A stretch of 51,471 nucleotides of DNA, taken from the NCBI GenBank assembly GCA_015488125.1, contig WFOJ01000096.1, forward strand, positions 1-51,471, written 5' to 3'. The notes beneath the pieces are model-generated. The model saw nothing but the letters and a program-made list of their open reading frames with translations. It did not search any database and was not told the origin of the DNA. The position numbers and the translations under genes are program-made. This DNA comes from Mariprofundaceae bacterium (GTDB lineage Bacteria > Pseudomonadota > Zetaproteobacteria > Mariprofundales > Mariprofundaceae). Numbering within the stretch: the stretch's first letter is position 1; each line of letters begins with the position of its first letter. Of the stretch, positions 19,598 through 28,034 are shown piece by piece.

Positions 19598-20609
19598 CCG
19601 CAAGTCCGACGGCTGCCCGGCGAGCGGCCACCTCAGCCTTATGTGCCTTGCGCCAATCAACAAGCTTTCGCAGGCCTTCCATCAAATCATACTTCGCTTC
19701 AAAGCCGATTTCTTCCCTGGCTTTCCTGGGGCAGCCGATCCGGTTGCGTACCAGCGTTGCCTGACTGCGTGGCGCATACTGAATTTCTTTATCACAGCCC
19801 GTGATTTCCAGCAGCATTTCTGCTAACTCCTTTAAGGATGTTCGCTTGCCTGTCCCTACATTGTAAAAGCTATCGGTTGCATCCGACTTCATAGCACACA
19901 CATTGGCACGACCACAATCCTCGACAGCGACAAAGTCGAAGGCCTCAGAACCATCACCGAGGATCGTCGGCGCTTCTCCGCGATCAATAGCATCAAGCAT
20001 TTTCATGATCACAGCAATATAGGCACCGTTATAATCCTGACGCGGGCCATACACATTCATATAGCGCAGGCCAACAAAATCAAAATGCTTATCCGTTCCC
20101 TTATAGCGATGATGCAACGAGCGGCACATGTGTTCGCCGGCGATCTTGGTGGCACCATAGAAATTCAGATTATTGTACGGGTGATCCTCCGTCATCGGCT
20201 CTTCGACAGCATCGCCGTAAACAGATGCCGAGGATGAGTAAACCAGGCGTTTAACACCGTTATTCAGCATGGCTTCCAATACATTAAACGTTCCACCGAT
20301 ATTGACCTCGAAGGCAGACCGTGGAAAATCATGACAGTGCAACAGCCATAATGCGGCAAAATGGAACACGCCATCGATACCCTTCATCGCTTCATTGAGT
20401 AAGTCCCGATGCAGTAATTCTCCGCCAAGTGGAAAAATATTTACACGCGGATCCTTAAGCGCTTCAGCCAGGTTTTCCCGACTGCCGCGGGAAAAATTAT
20501 CGTAGATGCGAATCTCTTCGACATCCTCCTTGACCAACTCATCCACACAGTGCGAACCGATCAGCCCACCGCCGCCAATTACCAACAGACGTTTACCTTT
20601 TAAATCCAT
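19590..20609 (-). CDS. NAD-dependent epimerase/dehydratase (extended SDR; WbpK/WbmF-H-like)
   Basis: MDLKGKRLLVIGGGGLIGSHCV, YSSSASVYG and YGATK. The ATG at 20609 is preceded by AAGGAG 6 nt upstream. Confidence 0.85.
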   Translation of the reverse strand: MDLKGKRLLVIGGGGLIGSHCVDELVKEDVEEIRIYDNFSRGSRENLAEALKDPRVNIFPLGGELLHRDLLNEAMKGIDGVFHFAALWLLHCHDFPRSAFEVNIGGTFNVLEAMLNNGVKRLVYSSSASVYGDAVEEPMTEDHPYNNLNFYGATKIAGEHMCRSLHHRYKGTDKHFDFVGLRYMNVYGPRQDYNGAYIAVIMKMLDAIDRGEAPTILGDGSEAFDFVAVEDCGRANVCAMKSDATDSFYNVGTGKRTSLKELAEMLLEITGCDKEIQYAPRSQATLVRNRIGCPRKAREEIGFEAKYDLMEGLRKLVDWRKAHKAEVAARRAAVGLADA

Positions 20610-20610
20610 T

Positions 20611-21813
20611 CTAAACTCCTTTTTGATCCACAATATATTTTGCAAAACTCATCGAACTGGTAAACGCCGGTGAGATCGCATTCAGCACATGCGTGCTGTT
20701 AACGCCATTTTCTACAACAAAATCCATCACCAATTCATGTTTTTTTATGTCCAGCAGTTGTGCCCGAATACCCACCTTGTCACTGGCAAGCAGGTCTTCA
20801 TCCCTTAACTCCGGAGTTAGATGGCGCGCCGCTTCGGCAAATTTTGAGCGAAAAAAGCGCAATGCTTCCGCATGTGAAAAGTCTCTAAAGCCCTGTTTAT
20901 TCAAGATGTACTGCTGCCCAAGTCGAAACAGTATCGAAACACTTTCTGCCAGGTTTATACCTTCCAGCCCTTTATAGTGCTCGCGGCCCAGTGCCGGAAC
21001 AGCAGTCGGCCCCAAGTACACATGACCATCAATTTTTTTCGTATAGTGAACACCCAGAAATGGTACATTCAAATCAGGTACAGGATATATCATACGGTTG
21101 CAGATAACTTTCGATGTTGGCGATAGCCGGTAATAAATCCCCTTGAAAGGCAACAATGTGTAGCGCTCACCTACACCGAGCTGCTTACCCACCTGATCTG
21201 CATACTGACCGGAAGAATTAAACAACCATCCATAGCCATATGTGCCGGTTCGTGTTCTCAGCCATGCGTTGCTGGCATCCACCTCCATGATTTCAGCATT
21301 AAACTGAAACGTCACCCCATTGGCTTGCAGGATCCGCGCCATATGGCAAACGATGGATTTTGGTTCGACCACTGCGGTATCTGGCGCATATAGTGCCTGA
21401 CCCGTAGCAGTTCTGGCAGACGGCTCCAGTTCATGAAGCTGCGCCGCATTGAGCAACTCCACTCGCGCCCCGTTGGCCTGGGCACGCCTAAATAACAAAT
21501 CCAGTTGCTGATCATCATCTGAGCGAACAGGCACAATTACCTTGCCCAGTCGCGCAATAGGAAGACGGTTGCGATCACAATACTCAGCCATCAACCTGGC
21601 GCCATCGGCGCACATTCTGGCCTTTAACGATTCTTCGGGATAGTAGATGCCAGAGTGTAGCACACCACTATTGCGACCACTGCCATGCCGACCCACTTCC
21701 GACTCTTTTTCAAGTATAAGAACAGAGCAATCAGGCTCTCTAGATAACAATTCGCGAGCTACTGTCAAGCCGACAATGCCAGCGCCGATGATGATATAAT
21801 CGTACGGTTTCAC
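20611..21813 (-). CDS. lhgO: FAD-dependent L-2-hydroxyglutarate oxidase/dehydrogenase family protein
   Basis: 400 aa with a GTG start. The motifs YDYIIIGAGIVGL, ILEKESEVGRHGSGRNSGVLHSGIYY, PFKGIYYRL, MIYPVPDLNVPFLGVHYTKKIDGHV and HVLNAISPAFTSS track the E. coli LhgO (YgaF) motifs as I recall them. Confidence 0.75.
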   Translation of the reverse strand: MKPYDYIIIGAGIVGLTVARELLSREPDCSVLILEKESEVGRHGSGRNSGVLHSGIYYPEESLKARMCADGARLMAEYCDRNRLPIARLGKVIVPVRSDDDQQLDLLFRRAQANGARVELLNAAQLHELEPSARTATGQALYAPDTAVVEPKSIVCHMARILQANGVTFQFNAEIMEVDASNAWLRTRTGTYGYGWLFNSSGQYADQVGKQLGVGERYTLLPFKGIYYRLSPTSKVICNRMIYPVPDLNVPFLGVHYTKKIDGHVYLGPTAVPALGREHYKGLEGINLAESVSILFRLGQQYILNKQGFRDFSHAEALRFFRSKFAEAARHLTPELRDEDLLASDKVGIRAQLLDIKKHELVMDFVVENGVNSTHVLNAISPAFTSSMSFAKYIVDQKGV

Positions 21814-21814
21814 T

Positions 21815-23350
21815 TCAGGAAGCCACCGCCTCTTTCAGCATGCAGACGGTGATTTCCTGATTCTCATGAGTCAAATACGGATGCATCGGCAAGCTCATCA
21901 CGCGTTCAGCGGCATATTCGCTGCGTTCAAAATGCTCTGGATGTGCCAGAGCTGGTTGGTGATTCAGTGGAATCGGATAATGCACAGCGGTGGGAACCCC
22001 GGCTTCTTTCAAGTGTGCCTGCACGGCATCGCGGTTTTCCACCTGCACCGTATATTGCGCATAAACCGACGTATTGTATGGCTCGATGTACGGCGTTGTT
22101 ACGATATCGCCCAGCAATTCCGTATAGCGTGCGCCGATTCGCGCTCGCGCTTGCACTTCTTCATCAAACACATCCAGCTTGGCCAGCAGAATCGCTGCCT
22201 GCAAGGTGTCCAGCCGACCATTCACGCCAATGCGTGGATGGTGATAACGCCGATCCTGACCATGCACGCGAATCTCGCGCATGGCTTTGGCCAGGTCATC
22301 ATCATTGGTAAAGCAGGCCCCGCCATCGCCATAACAGCCCAGCGGCTTGGAGGGAAAAAAGCTGGTGCAGCCGATCGTGGTCAAACCGCACGATTTTCTA
22401 CCCTTGTAGGTAGCGCCGAAGCTCTGGCAGCCATCTTCAATCACCGGCAGGCCATGTTTTTCCGCAATCGCGTTAATCGCGTCATAGTCTGCGCATTGGC
22501 CATAGAGCGATACCGGCATGATCGCCTTGGTTTTTTCTGTAACCGCCGCTTCCAACAGCGAAGGATCCAGGTTGTAGGTTTTGGGATCAATATCGACAAA
22601 CACCGGCCTGGCACCAAGCAGGGCGATCGTTTCCGCTGTGGCAATAAAGCTAAATGGCGTGGTAATCACCTCATCACCTGACCCAACACCCAGCGCCATC
22701 AGGGCAATCAGCAGCGCATCGGTGCCGCTGGCTACGCCAATGGCATGTTGTACGTTCACATACTCTGCCAGCCGTTCTTCCAGTGCTTCGACCTCCCGGC
22801 CCATGATATAACGTCCATGATGCAGCACTGCATGCATGTTTTTTTCCAGTTGCGGACGAAGCAGATCCTGTTGTGTTTTCAGGTCGATGAAATCAGTGCC
22901 GCTTTCAGATGATGGTTGATCCAGCCAGTCTAATGCCTCTGAGGGGGTCACTGCATCCACATCACCCAATGTATCAAAGGTTCGGTTGCTTGTAACAATC
23001 ACCGCTTCCCCATGCAGGGCACAGGCAGCCAGTGCAATCTGGGCATCTTCATAATCACGCGCTTTTGCATATGCGTTGCGTTGTTCATAACCAAAATTAC
23101 TCAATACATTGACCCGGGATAACAGATGATCCATCAACTGCTGCACCATGGCACGCGCTTCCGAACCACTAGCTCCGGCATGTATCAGTTGGCGGGTAGC
23201 GAGATAGTCCAGGATAGGCAAAGAAGATGCCGACACCCAGCCGGAAGCCCGCCTGCCAACCGCATCAAACAGGAGTTGGAGCGCTTCAACATTCGCTCTG
23301 GCAAACCACAAATCGAGAACCGCACTCACATCGAAAACAAGGTGTTTCAT
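21815..23350 (-). CDS. wbpE: fusion protein: N-terminal PIN-like (VapC-type) domain plus full-length WbpE/WlbC-type UDP-3-oxo-sugar aminotransferase
   Basis: Residues 1-~150 ([56 protein letters not shown]) look PIN-like. After a linker DWLDQPSSESGTD with no in-frame stop or start codon comes FIDLKTQQDLL..GVASGTDAL..SFFPSKPLGCYGDGGACFTND (DegT fold with PLP lysine). The ATG at 23350 overlaps the upstream ORF stop as ATGA. Confidence 0.85.
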   Translation of the reverse strand: MKHLVFDVSAVLDLWFARANVEALQLLFDAVGRRASGWVSASSLPILDYLATRQLIHAGASGSEARAMVQQLMDHLLSRVNVLSNFGYEQRNAYAKARDYEDAQIALAACALHGEAVIVTSNRTFDTLGDVDAVTPSEALDWLDQPSSESGTDFIDLKTQQDLLRPQLEKNMHAVLHHGRYIMGREVEALEERLAEYVNVQHAIGVASGTDALLIALMALGVGSGDEVITTPFSFIATAETIALLGARPVFVDIDPKTYNLDPSLLEAAVTEKTKAIMPVSLYGQCADYDAINAIAEKHGLPVIEDGCQSFGATYKGRKSCGLTTIGCTSFFPSKPLGCYGDGGACFTNDDDLAKAMREIRVHGQDRRYHHPRIGVNGRLDTLQAAILLAKLDVFDEEVQARARIGARYTELLGDIVTTPYIEPYNTSVYAQYTVQVENRDAVQAHLKEAGVPTAVHYPIPLNHQPALAHPEHFERSEYAAERVMSLPMHPYLTHENQEITVCMLKEAVAS

Positions 23351-23601
23351 GAATGTTTTTCCGCCAGATGCTGATGCCATGCCGCCTTATCATCGGCCAC
23401 CGTTTGCGGCGTATGGCCCTGACGGTATTTTCCAAGAATTGCATTCAGCTCGTCAGCAATCGTGTTATCCACCGCTTCAGTTGACGAAATTTCAAGCGCC
23501 TCATCCGGAAGCTCAATGACGACCTGAAACGACTCGCGCCGAAGCTTTAGCTGCCTCGGCAACCGCAGTGTGCCATGATCATAAAAAGCTGTTACCCGCA
23601 T
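23347..23601 (-). CDS. small antitoxin-like protein (DUF104/AF2212-type, VapB-like)
   Basis: 84 aa. The N-terminus [34 protein letters not shown] matches the pattern of DUF104 antitoxins (M..A.Y.nG.l.P...l.L.e...v.i.i). It has an ATGA overlap with the PIN ORF, and its start overlaps the wbpD stop by 10 nt. Confidence 0.6.
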   Translation of the reverse strand: MRVTAFYDHGTLRLPRQLKLRRESFQVVIELPDEALEISSTEAVDNTIADELNAILGKYRQGHTPQTVADDKAAWHQHLAEKHS

Positions 23602-24167
23602 ATCCGCTGCACCTCACCACCCTTCAATCGATACCGCTCTCCGGTATGTACACACGTCGTATCAGCCTCGCCATGCAAAGGCAAGTCAAGCCGTTCACCA
23701 TAAGCGCTCATCCAGCCGATTTGTTTGGCTGGCACACCCACCATCAACGCGTAATCAGGCACATCCCGATTCACTACAGCGCCTGCGCCGATGAATGCGT
23801 AACAACCAATCGTCGTACCACACACGATTGTGCAGTTCGCGCCGAGCGTCGCACCTTGCTTCACCAGCGTATCGCGATATTCATGCTTGCGGGAAACCGC
23901 AGAACGCGGGTTATAGACATTGGTAAACACCATGCTCGGGCCACAAAATACATCATCCTCAAGTATCACATTGTCATAAACAGAGACATTGTTTTGAATT
24001 TTCACGTTATTGCCGATGACCACCCGGTTGCCGACAAAAACATTCTGCCCCAACGAACAGCCCTGACCGATACGTGCGCCACCGCATACATGCACCCAAT
24101 GCCAGATCCGCGTTCCCTCACCGACCAAAGCGCCATCATCAACAACCGCTGTTTCATGCACCTGCAT
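23592..24167 (-). CDS. wbpD: left-handed beta-helix N-acetyltransferase, UDP-2-acetamido-3-amino-2,3-dideoxy-glucuronate 3-N-acetyltransferase type
   Basis: 191 aa. The sequence [80 protein letters not shown] closely follows WbpD/WlbB as I recall it. Confidence 0.85.
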   Translation of the reverse strand: MQVHETAVVDDGALVGEGTRIWHWVHVCGGARIGQGCSLGQNVFVGNRVVIGNNVKIQNNVSVYDNVILEDDVFCGPSMVFTNVYNPRSAVSRKHEYRDTLVKQGATLGANCTIVCGTTIGCYAFIGAGAVVNRDVPDYALMVGVPAKQIGWMSAYGERLDLPLHGEADTTCVHTGERYRLKGGEVQRICG

Positions 24168-24170
24168 GAC

Positions 24171-25223
24171 TCAATACTCCAGCGGCAGGGCAACAGTTCG
24201 GCCATCACGGGCAGAGAGGTAAGCAGCAATCAGTACTTCAAGCGACTTCAGGCCCTCGCGCCCATCGGTTTCCGGTTCACATATGCCACGCAGTGTATCC
24301 ACAACGTTCTTGTAATACAGCGGATGACCAAAGCCATATACAGAGGTGGTTTCATAACTGGCTTCCCGTACCTGTTCATCATAGTCCCGGCTGTCAGCAA
24401 ACTCCCAGTGCTGAATTTCATTAACAGCCACCCCTCCGACGCGCACCGTGCCTTTCTCGCCAAGGATCGTCATCGAACCTTCCAGGTTTTTCGGCCACGT
24501 CAGCATGCTGACGGCCATGGAACCCAAGGTGCCAGAGCGCCAGCGAATATTTAACACGCCCGTATCTTCCACCTCAATATTTCTGCCCAGCGTAGCGGTC
24601 ATGGCCTGCACGCGATCAACCGGACCGATCAGCCAATCGAGCAGATCAACATAATGACTGGCCTGGTTCATAAAGGCACCGCCATCCAGTTCCCACGTTC
24701 CCCGCCATTTGGCAGAGTCATAGTAAGCCTGTGGACGCGTCCAGAAGACGTTCAAATGCACCATGTAAATACGTCCAAAACGTTGTTCGCAAACAGCGCG
24801 CTTAAGCAATTGCAGGGTCGAATTGCGCCGATTTTGCTTGACGACAAACAATCGAACATTGGCCTGGTCACAGGCGCGCACCATGCGCAGGCCATCCGTC
24901 CAGCGGGTAGCCATGGGCTTTTCCGTCATCACATGCACACCAAAACGGGCTGCCATGACAGCTTGTTCCGGGTGCATACCGCTGGGTGTACACAACGCCA
25001 CAAGATCGGGATGTTCCCGATCAAGCATGGTTTCAAGATGCTGATAGCTGGGCACGCCATAACGTTCGCCATGTGTACGGGCAACATCCGGGTTCGCATC
25101 GCATACTGCGATAAGTTGCAAATCCTCGCCATGGCAGGCAATCGCCTTAAAATGATTTTGCGCAATACGACCGCAGCCGACAACGGCAATGCGAATGGGA
25201 CGATCATTGATCACAGGAAACAT
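24171..25223 (-). CDS. wbpB: Gfo/Idh/MocA oxidoreductase, UDP-GlcNAcA 3-dehydrogenase type
   Basis: 350 aa. Motifs RIAVVGCGRIAQNHF (Rossmann), MTEKPMATRW and FVVKQNRRN. It sits between wbpA-like and wbpD-like genes. Confidence 0.85.
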   Translation of the reverse strand: MFPVINDRPIRIAVVGCGRIAQNHFKAIACHGEDLQLIAVCDANPDVARTHGERYGVPSYQHLETMLDREHPDLVALCTPSGMHPEQAVMAARFGVHVMTEKPMATRWTDGLRMVRACDQANVRLFVVKQNRRNSTLQLLKRAVCEQRFGRIYMVHLNVFWTRPQAYYDSAKWRGTWELDGGAFMNQASHYVDLLDWLIGPVDRVQAMTATLGRNIEVEDTGVLNIRWRSGTLGSMAVSMLTWPKNLEGSMTILGEKGTVRVGGVAVNEIQHWEFADSRDYDEQVREASYETTSVYGFGHPLYYKNVVDTLRGICEPETDGREGLKSLEVLIAAYLSARDGRTVALPLEY

Positions 25224-25226
25224 GGG

Positions 25227-26519
25227 CTACGCCTTAACAAGATTGGGCGCATCTTGACGATACACACCTCTGGAATCAACCACCAGCGATGCATGCTGAA
25301 GAATCATTGCATAATCAAAATCCTGATGGTTGGTGGCAATCACCACGGCATCATAGCTACGGATCACTTCATCACTCAGTGCCGTGCTGGCAAGATCAAA
25401 ATGATGCTCGCGCATTTTGGGAAAAACCGGCACATAAGGATCGCTGTAGGCAACCACAGCGCCTTTGGCACGAAGCAACTCCATAATTTCAACCGATGGC
25501 GATTCACGCATATCATCCACATTGGGCTTGTAAGCAATACCCAATACCAGAATATGGCTGCCATTGAGTGCTTTTTGTTGCCTGTTCAGACCATCCACCA
25601 ACTTGCCGACCACCCACTGGGGCATGGCCGTGTTGACTTCCCCGGCAAGCTCGATAAAGCGCGTGTTAAGGCCGTATTCCCGCGCTTTCCAGGTCAGATA
25701 AAACGGGTCAATCGGGATGCAATGCCCGCCAAGTCCGGGGCCGGGATAATAGGGCGTAAAGCCAAAAGGCTTGGTGGCAGCAGCCTGAATCACTTCGTGA
25801 ATATCCACGCCCATGCTGTCGGCGACGATTTTCATTTCGTTAACCAGGCCGATGTTGACAGCGCGGTGGATGTTTTCCAGCAGCTTGGTCATCTCCGCTG
25901 CACGTGTTGAACTTACAGGCACAACCTGATCAATCGCAGGACTGTAAAGCGCAATACCCACTTCAAGACAATCCGGCGTGTGACCCCCGCATACCTTGGG
26001 AATGGTGCGAGTGACAAAATCGGGATTACCCGGATCTTCCCGTTCAGGAGAATAGACAAGAAAAACATCCTTGCCAACTTTCAAGCCGGAAGATTCGATA
26101 CGCGGCAACAATTCTTCTTCAGTGGTGCCAGGATAAGTAGTGCTTTCCAGCGATAGTACCTGGCCGCTCCGCAAATAGGGCACCAGCGCATCGGTGGTAT
26201 TCGTGACGAATGCAAGATCAGGTTCCCGATATTTATTCAGCGGTGTGGGTACGCAAATAATCAATGCATCTGCTTTTGTTGCCTGCGAAAAATCCGTGGT
26301 CGCCTCAAAGCCACATTGCGTTACCGCATGTGTTATTGCCGACGATGAGATGTGCCGGATATAGCTTTTTCCCGCATTGAGCGCATGTACCTTGGACGGG
26401 TCGATATCAATCCCCAGCACCTTAAAGCCGACCTCGGCATAGCGCAACACCAGCGGCAGGCCCACATAACCCAAGCCAATAATGCCGATCACGGCTGTTT
26501 TTGTTTGAAATTTGTCCAT
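25227..26519 (-). CDS. wbpA: UDP-N-acetyl-D-glucosamine (or mannosamine) 6-dehydrogenase
   Basis: [23 protein letters not shown] Rossmann start and the [13 protein letters not shown] catalytic Cys motif. I chose the ATG at 26519. The 40-aa N-terminal extension in the track ORF has no homolog-like character. Confidence 0.9.
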   Translation of the reverse strand: MDKFQTKTAVIGIIGLGYVGLPLVLRYAEVGFKVLGIDIDPSKVHALNAGKSYIRHISSSAITHAVTQCGFEATTDFSQATKADALIICVPTPLNKYREPDLAFVTNTTDALVPYLRSGQVLSLESTTYPGTTEEELLPRIESSGLKVGKDVFLVYSPEREDPGNPDFVTRTIPKVCGGHTPDCLEVGIALYSPAIDQVVPVSSTRAAEMTKLLENIHRAVNIGLVNEMKIVADSMGVDIHEVIQAAATKPFGFTPYYPGPGLGGHCIPIDPFYLTWKAREYGLNTRFIELAGEVNTAMPQWVVGKLVDGLNRQQKALNGSHILVLGIAYKPNVDDMRESPSVEIMELLRAKGAVVAYSDPYVPVFPKMREHHFDLASTALSDEVIRSYDAVVIATNHQDFDYAMILQHASLVVDSRGVYRQDAPNLVKA

Positions 26520-27154
26520 TAACTGATCTTTGATCACACTTATATTCCTTGTAGTGATTCGATGTGTTGTTGTAATAACATCAGTTTCTCTCCTACCGTT
26601 AAACAAAGCAACGGTCGTCACGAAACAACCCAGCGACAACCATACGTAGCTTGCATACTGGCAGAGTCAATTCAAAAAGACAAAACGCCATCGTCACGCA
26701 CTTGTTGGTAACGAAAAAAATTGACCTCTATCTGTGCTTGGGTATTTTTCTGTGCGGACTCGTCAACCAATTGCCGCCTCATGCATTGAAAGGAACGCAT
26801 CCACCACACACCTTGTTTACAGCAAGGAAGAAAAAGCATTTTTTATGCTTACTGCGAAAATCCCACGTTTAAAACTATGTCATCCGTACTCACTGATGGC
26901 TATTGTTGTGCCATGCGCTGATCATCTCCGCACGGATGGCCGAATACTGCCGCAAATATTTCGCTGCGGCTACAATTGCCTGTTTTGAGTTTATATCAAC
27001 ACGATGCTACCATTTTTTCAGACCAAACGGGGCATACTCCGGTCACGCGACATTCAATCTGCTTGTTACCCAATATCTCCGATCATCAATAACCTGTCTT
27101 TACAGGCGTCAACTGAAACAACGATAGCGTGTATTTTTCACACAGCTTGTGTAA

Positions 27155-27985
27155 TCAGCAATGGCCATGACAAGCTACCGAGGTTAAATGAAACGGTTGC
27201 TGATCAATACGAGCCAGTGTCAGGCGACCACGCCAAACACAACCGGAATCCAATCCTAATACATGCGGATAATGTTGCACCAATCCCATGGCTGCCCAAT
27301 GACCAAAAATCACCCGAGAAACATCATCACGCCAACGAAGCTTAGCATGCAGATACCAGGGTTTATCCCCTGCTCTGTCGGACGTTGTGCGGTTTGCCCG
27401 CCAATTGAACACGCCATTTGCTGAACAAAACCGACTGCAGGTCAAGACGCCGAGTGAATATAATATGCGCTCGTTTTTATTCATTTTTTTCGGTTCAATT
27501 TCGGGAAAGCGACAATTCGCCCAGCGATAGCATGTGCTTTTCCAATCATCACGCTGCAAACATTTTTCAATATTTTTCGCTCGTTTTTTTGCTTTTTTCA
27601 ATGTCCAGTGCGGAGCCAGTCCGGCATGTACCATAGCGATGTTCAAGGTTTTATCGTAGTGAAGCAATGGTTGAAAACGTAACCAGTCAATCAGATATTC
27701 ACTGTCTTTAGCATTGACAACCTGTTCCAGTGTGTCACCCTGAACGTATCGACGAGCGCCGGCCACACGTTCCAACAAATGAATATCATGATTGCCAAGT
27801 ACGCACACGGCAGCATCACCAAGCGATACGAGATAACGCAGCACGGCCAATGAATCAGGGCCGCGATTCACCAGATCTCCGGTACACCACAGGTAATCAT
27901 GCGCAGGGTCAAAACCCACCTTGTCCAGTAACTTCCGCAGGGAGCGATAGCATCCCTGAATATCGCCAACAGCATACACAGCCAT
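27155..27985 (-). CDS. apaH: symmetrical bis(5'-nucleosyl)-tetraphosphatase
   Basis: MAVYAVGDIQGCYRSLRKLLDKVGF..LWCTGDLVNRGPDSLAVLRYL..VLGNHDIHLL..FGHWAA are the metallophosphoesterase motifs of ApaH. I chose the ATG at 27985. Confidence 0.9.
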   Translation of the reverse strand: MAVYAVGDIQGCYRSLRKLLDKVGFDPAHDYLWCTGDLVNRGPDSLAVLRYLVSLGDAAVCVLGNHDIHLLERVAGARRYVQGDTLEQVVNAKDSEYLIDWLRFQPLLHYDKTLNIAMVHAGLAPHWTLKKAKKRAKNIEKCLQRDDWKSTCYRWANCRFPEIEPKKMNKNERILYSLGVLTCSRFCSANGVFNWRANRTTSDRAGDKPWYLHAKLRWRDDVSRVIFGHWAAMGLVQHYPHVLGLDSGCVWRGRLTLARIDQQPFHLTSVACHGHC

Positions 27986-28034
27986 TATGTTACACTCCAG
28001 ATGTACATCGTACCACACAATTTTGTTTGCGCGA

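Noticed and set aside
21866-22681. 271-aa + strand ORF
   Set aside because: It is antisense to the aminotransferase part of the PIN-WbpE fusion and has no independent support.
23568-25910. Two long + strand ORFs (328 aa and 418 aa)
   Set aside because: They lie antisense to wbpD, wbpB and wbpA, which have strong family motifs. Their composition (His/Arg/Ile-rich, no motifs) is typical of shadow frames.
26586-26600. ops/JUMPStart-like element upstream of wbpA (minus strand AACGGTAGGAGA)
   Set aside because: Only the CGGTAG core matches the GGCGGTAGnnTG consensus. That is too weak to call, so it is kept only as a note in the leader-region finding.
26520-26639. N-terminal extensions of track ORFs. 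The coordinates give the wbpA case (26520-26639); the same applies to DegT2 19598-19663, SDR 20610-20645, leuA 43628-43726, skp 44432-44596 and btuB 29511-29630.
   Set aside because: The extensions have no homolog-like sequence, overlap neighbouring genes or regulatory RNA, and internal starts give N-termini matching the protein families.
26651-27345. Four overlapping 70-113 aa + strand ORFs in the apaH-wbpA spacer
   Set aside because: They have no SD sequences and no motifs, they overlap one another, and one runs antisense into apaH. I treated them as noise.
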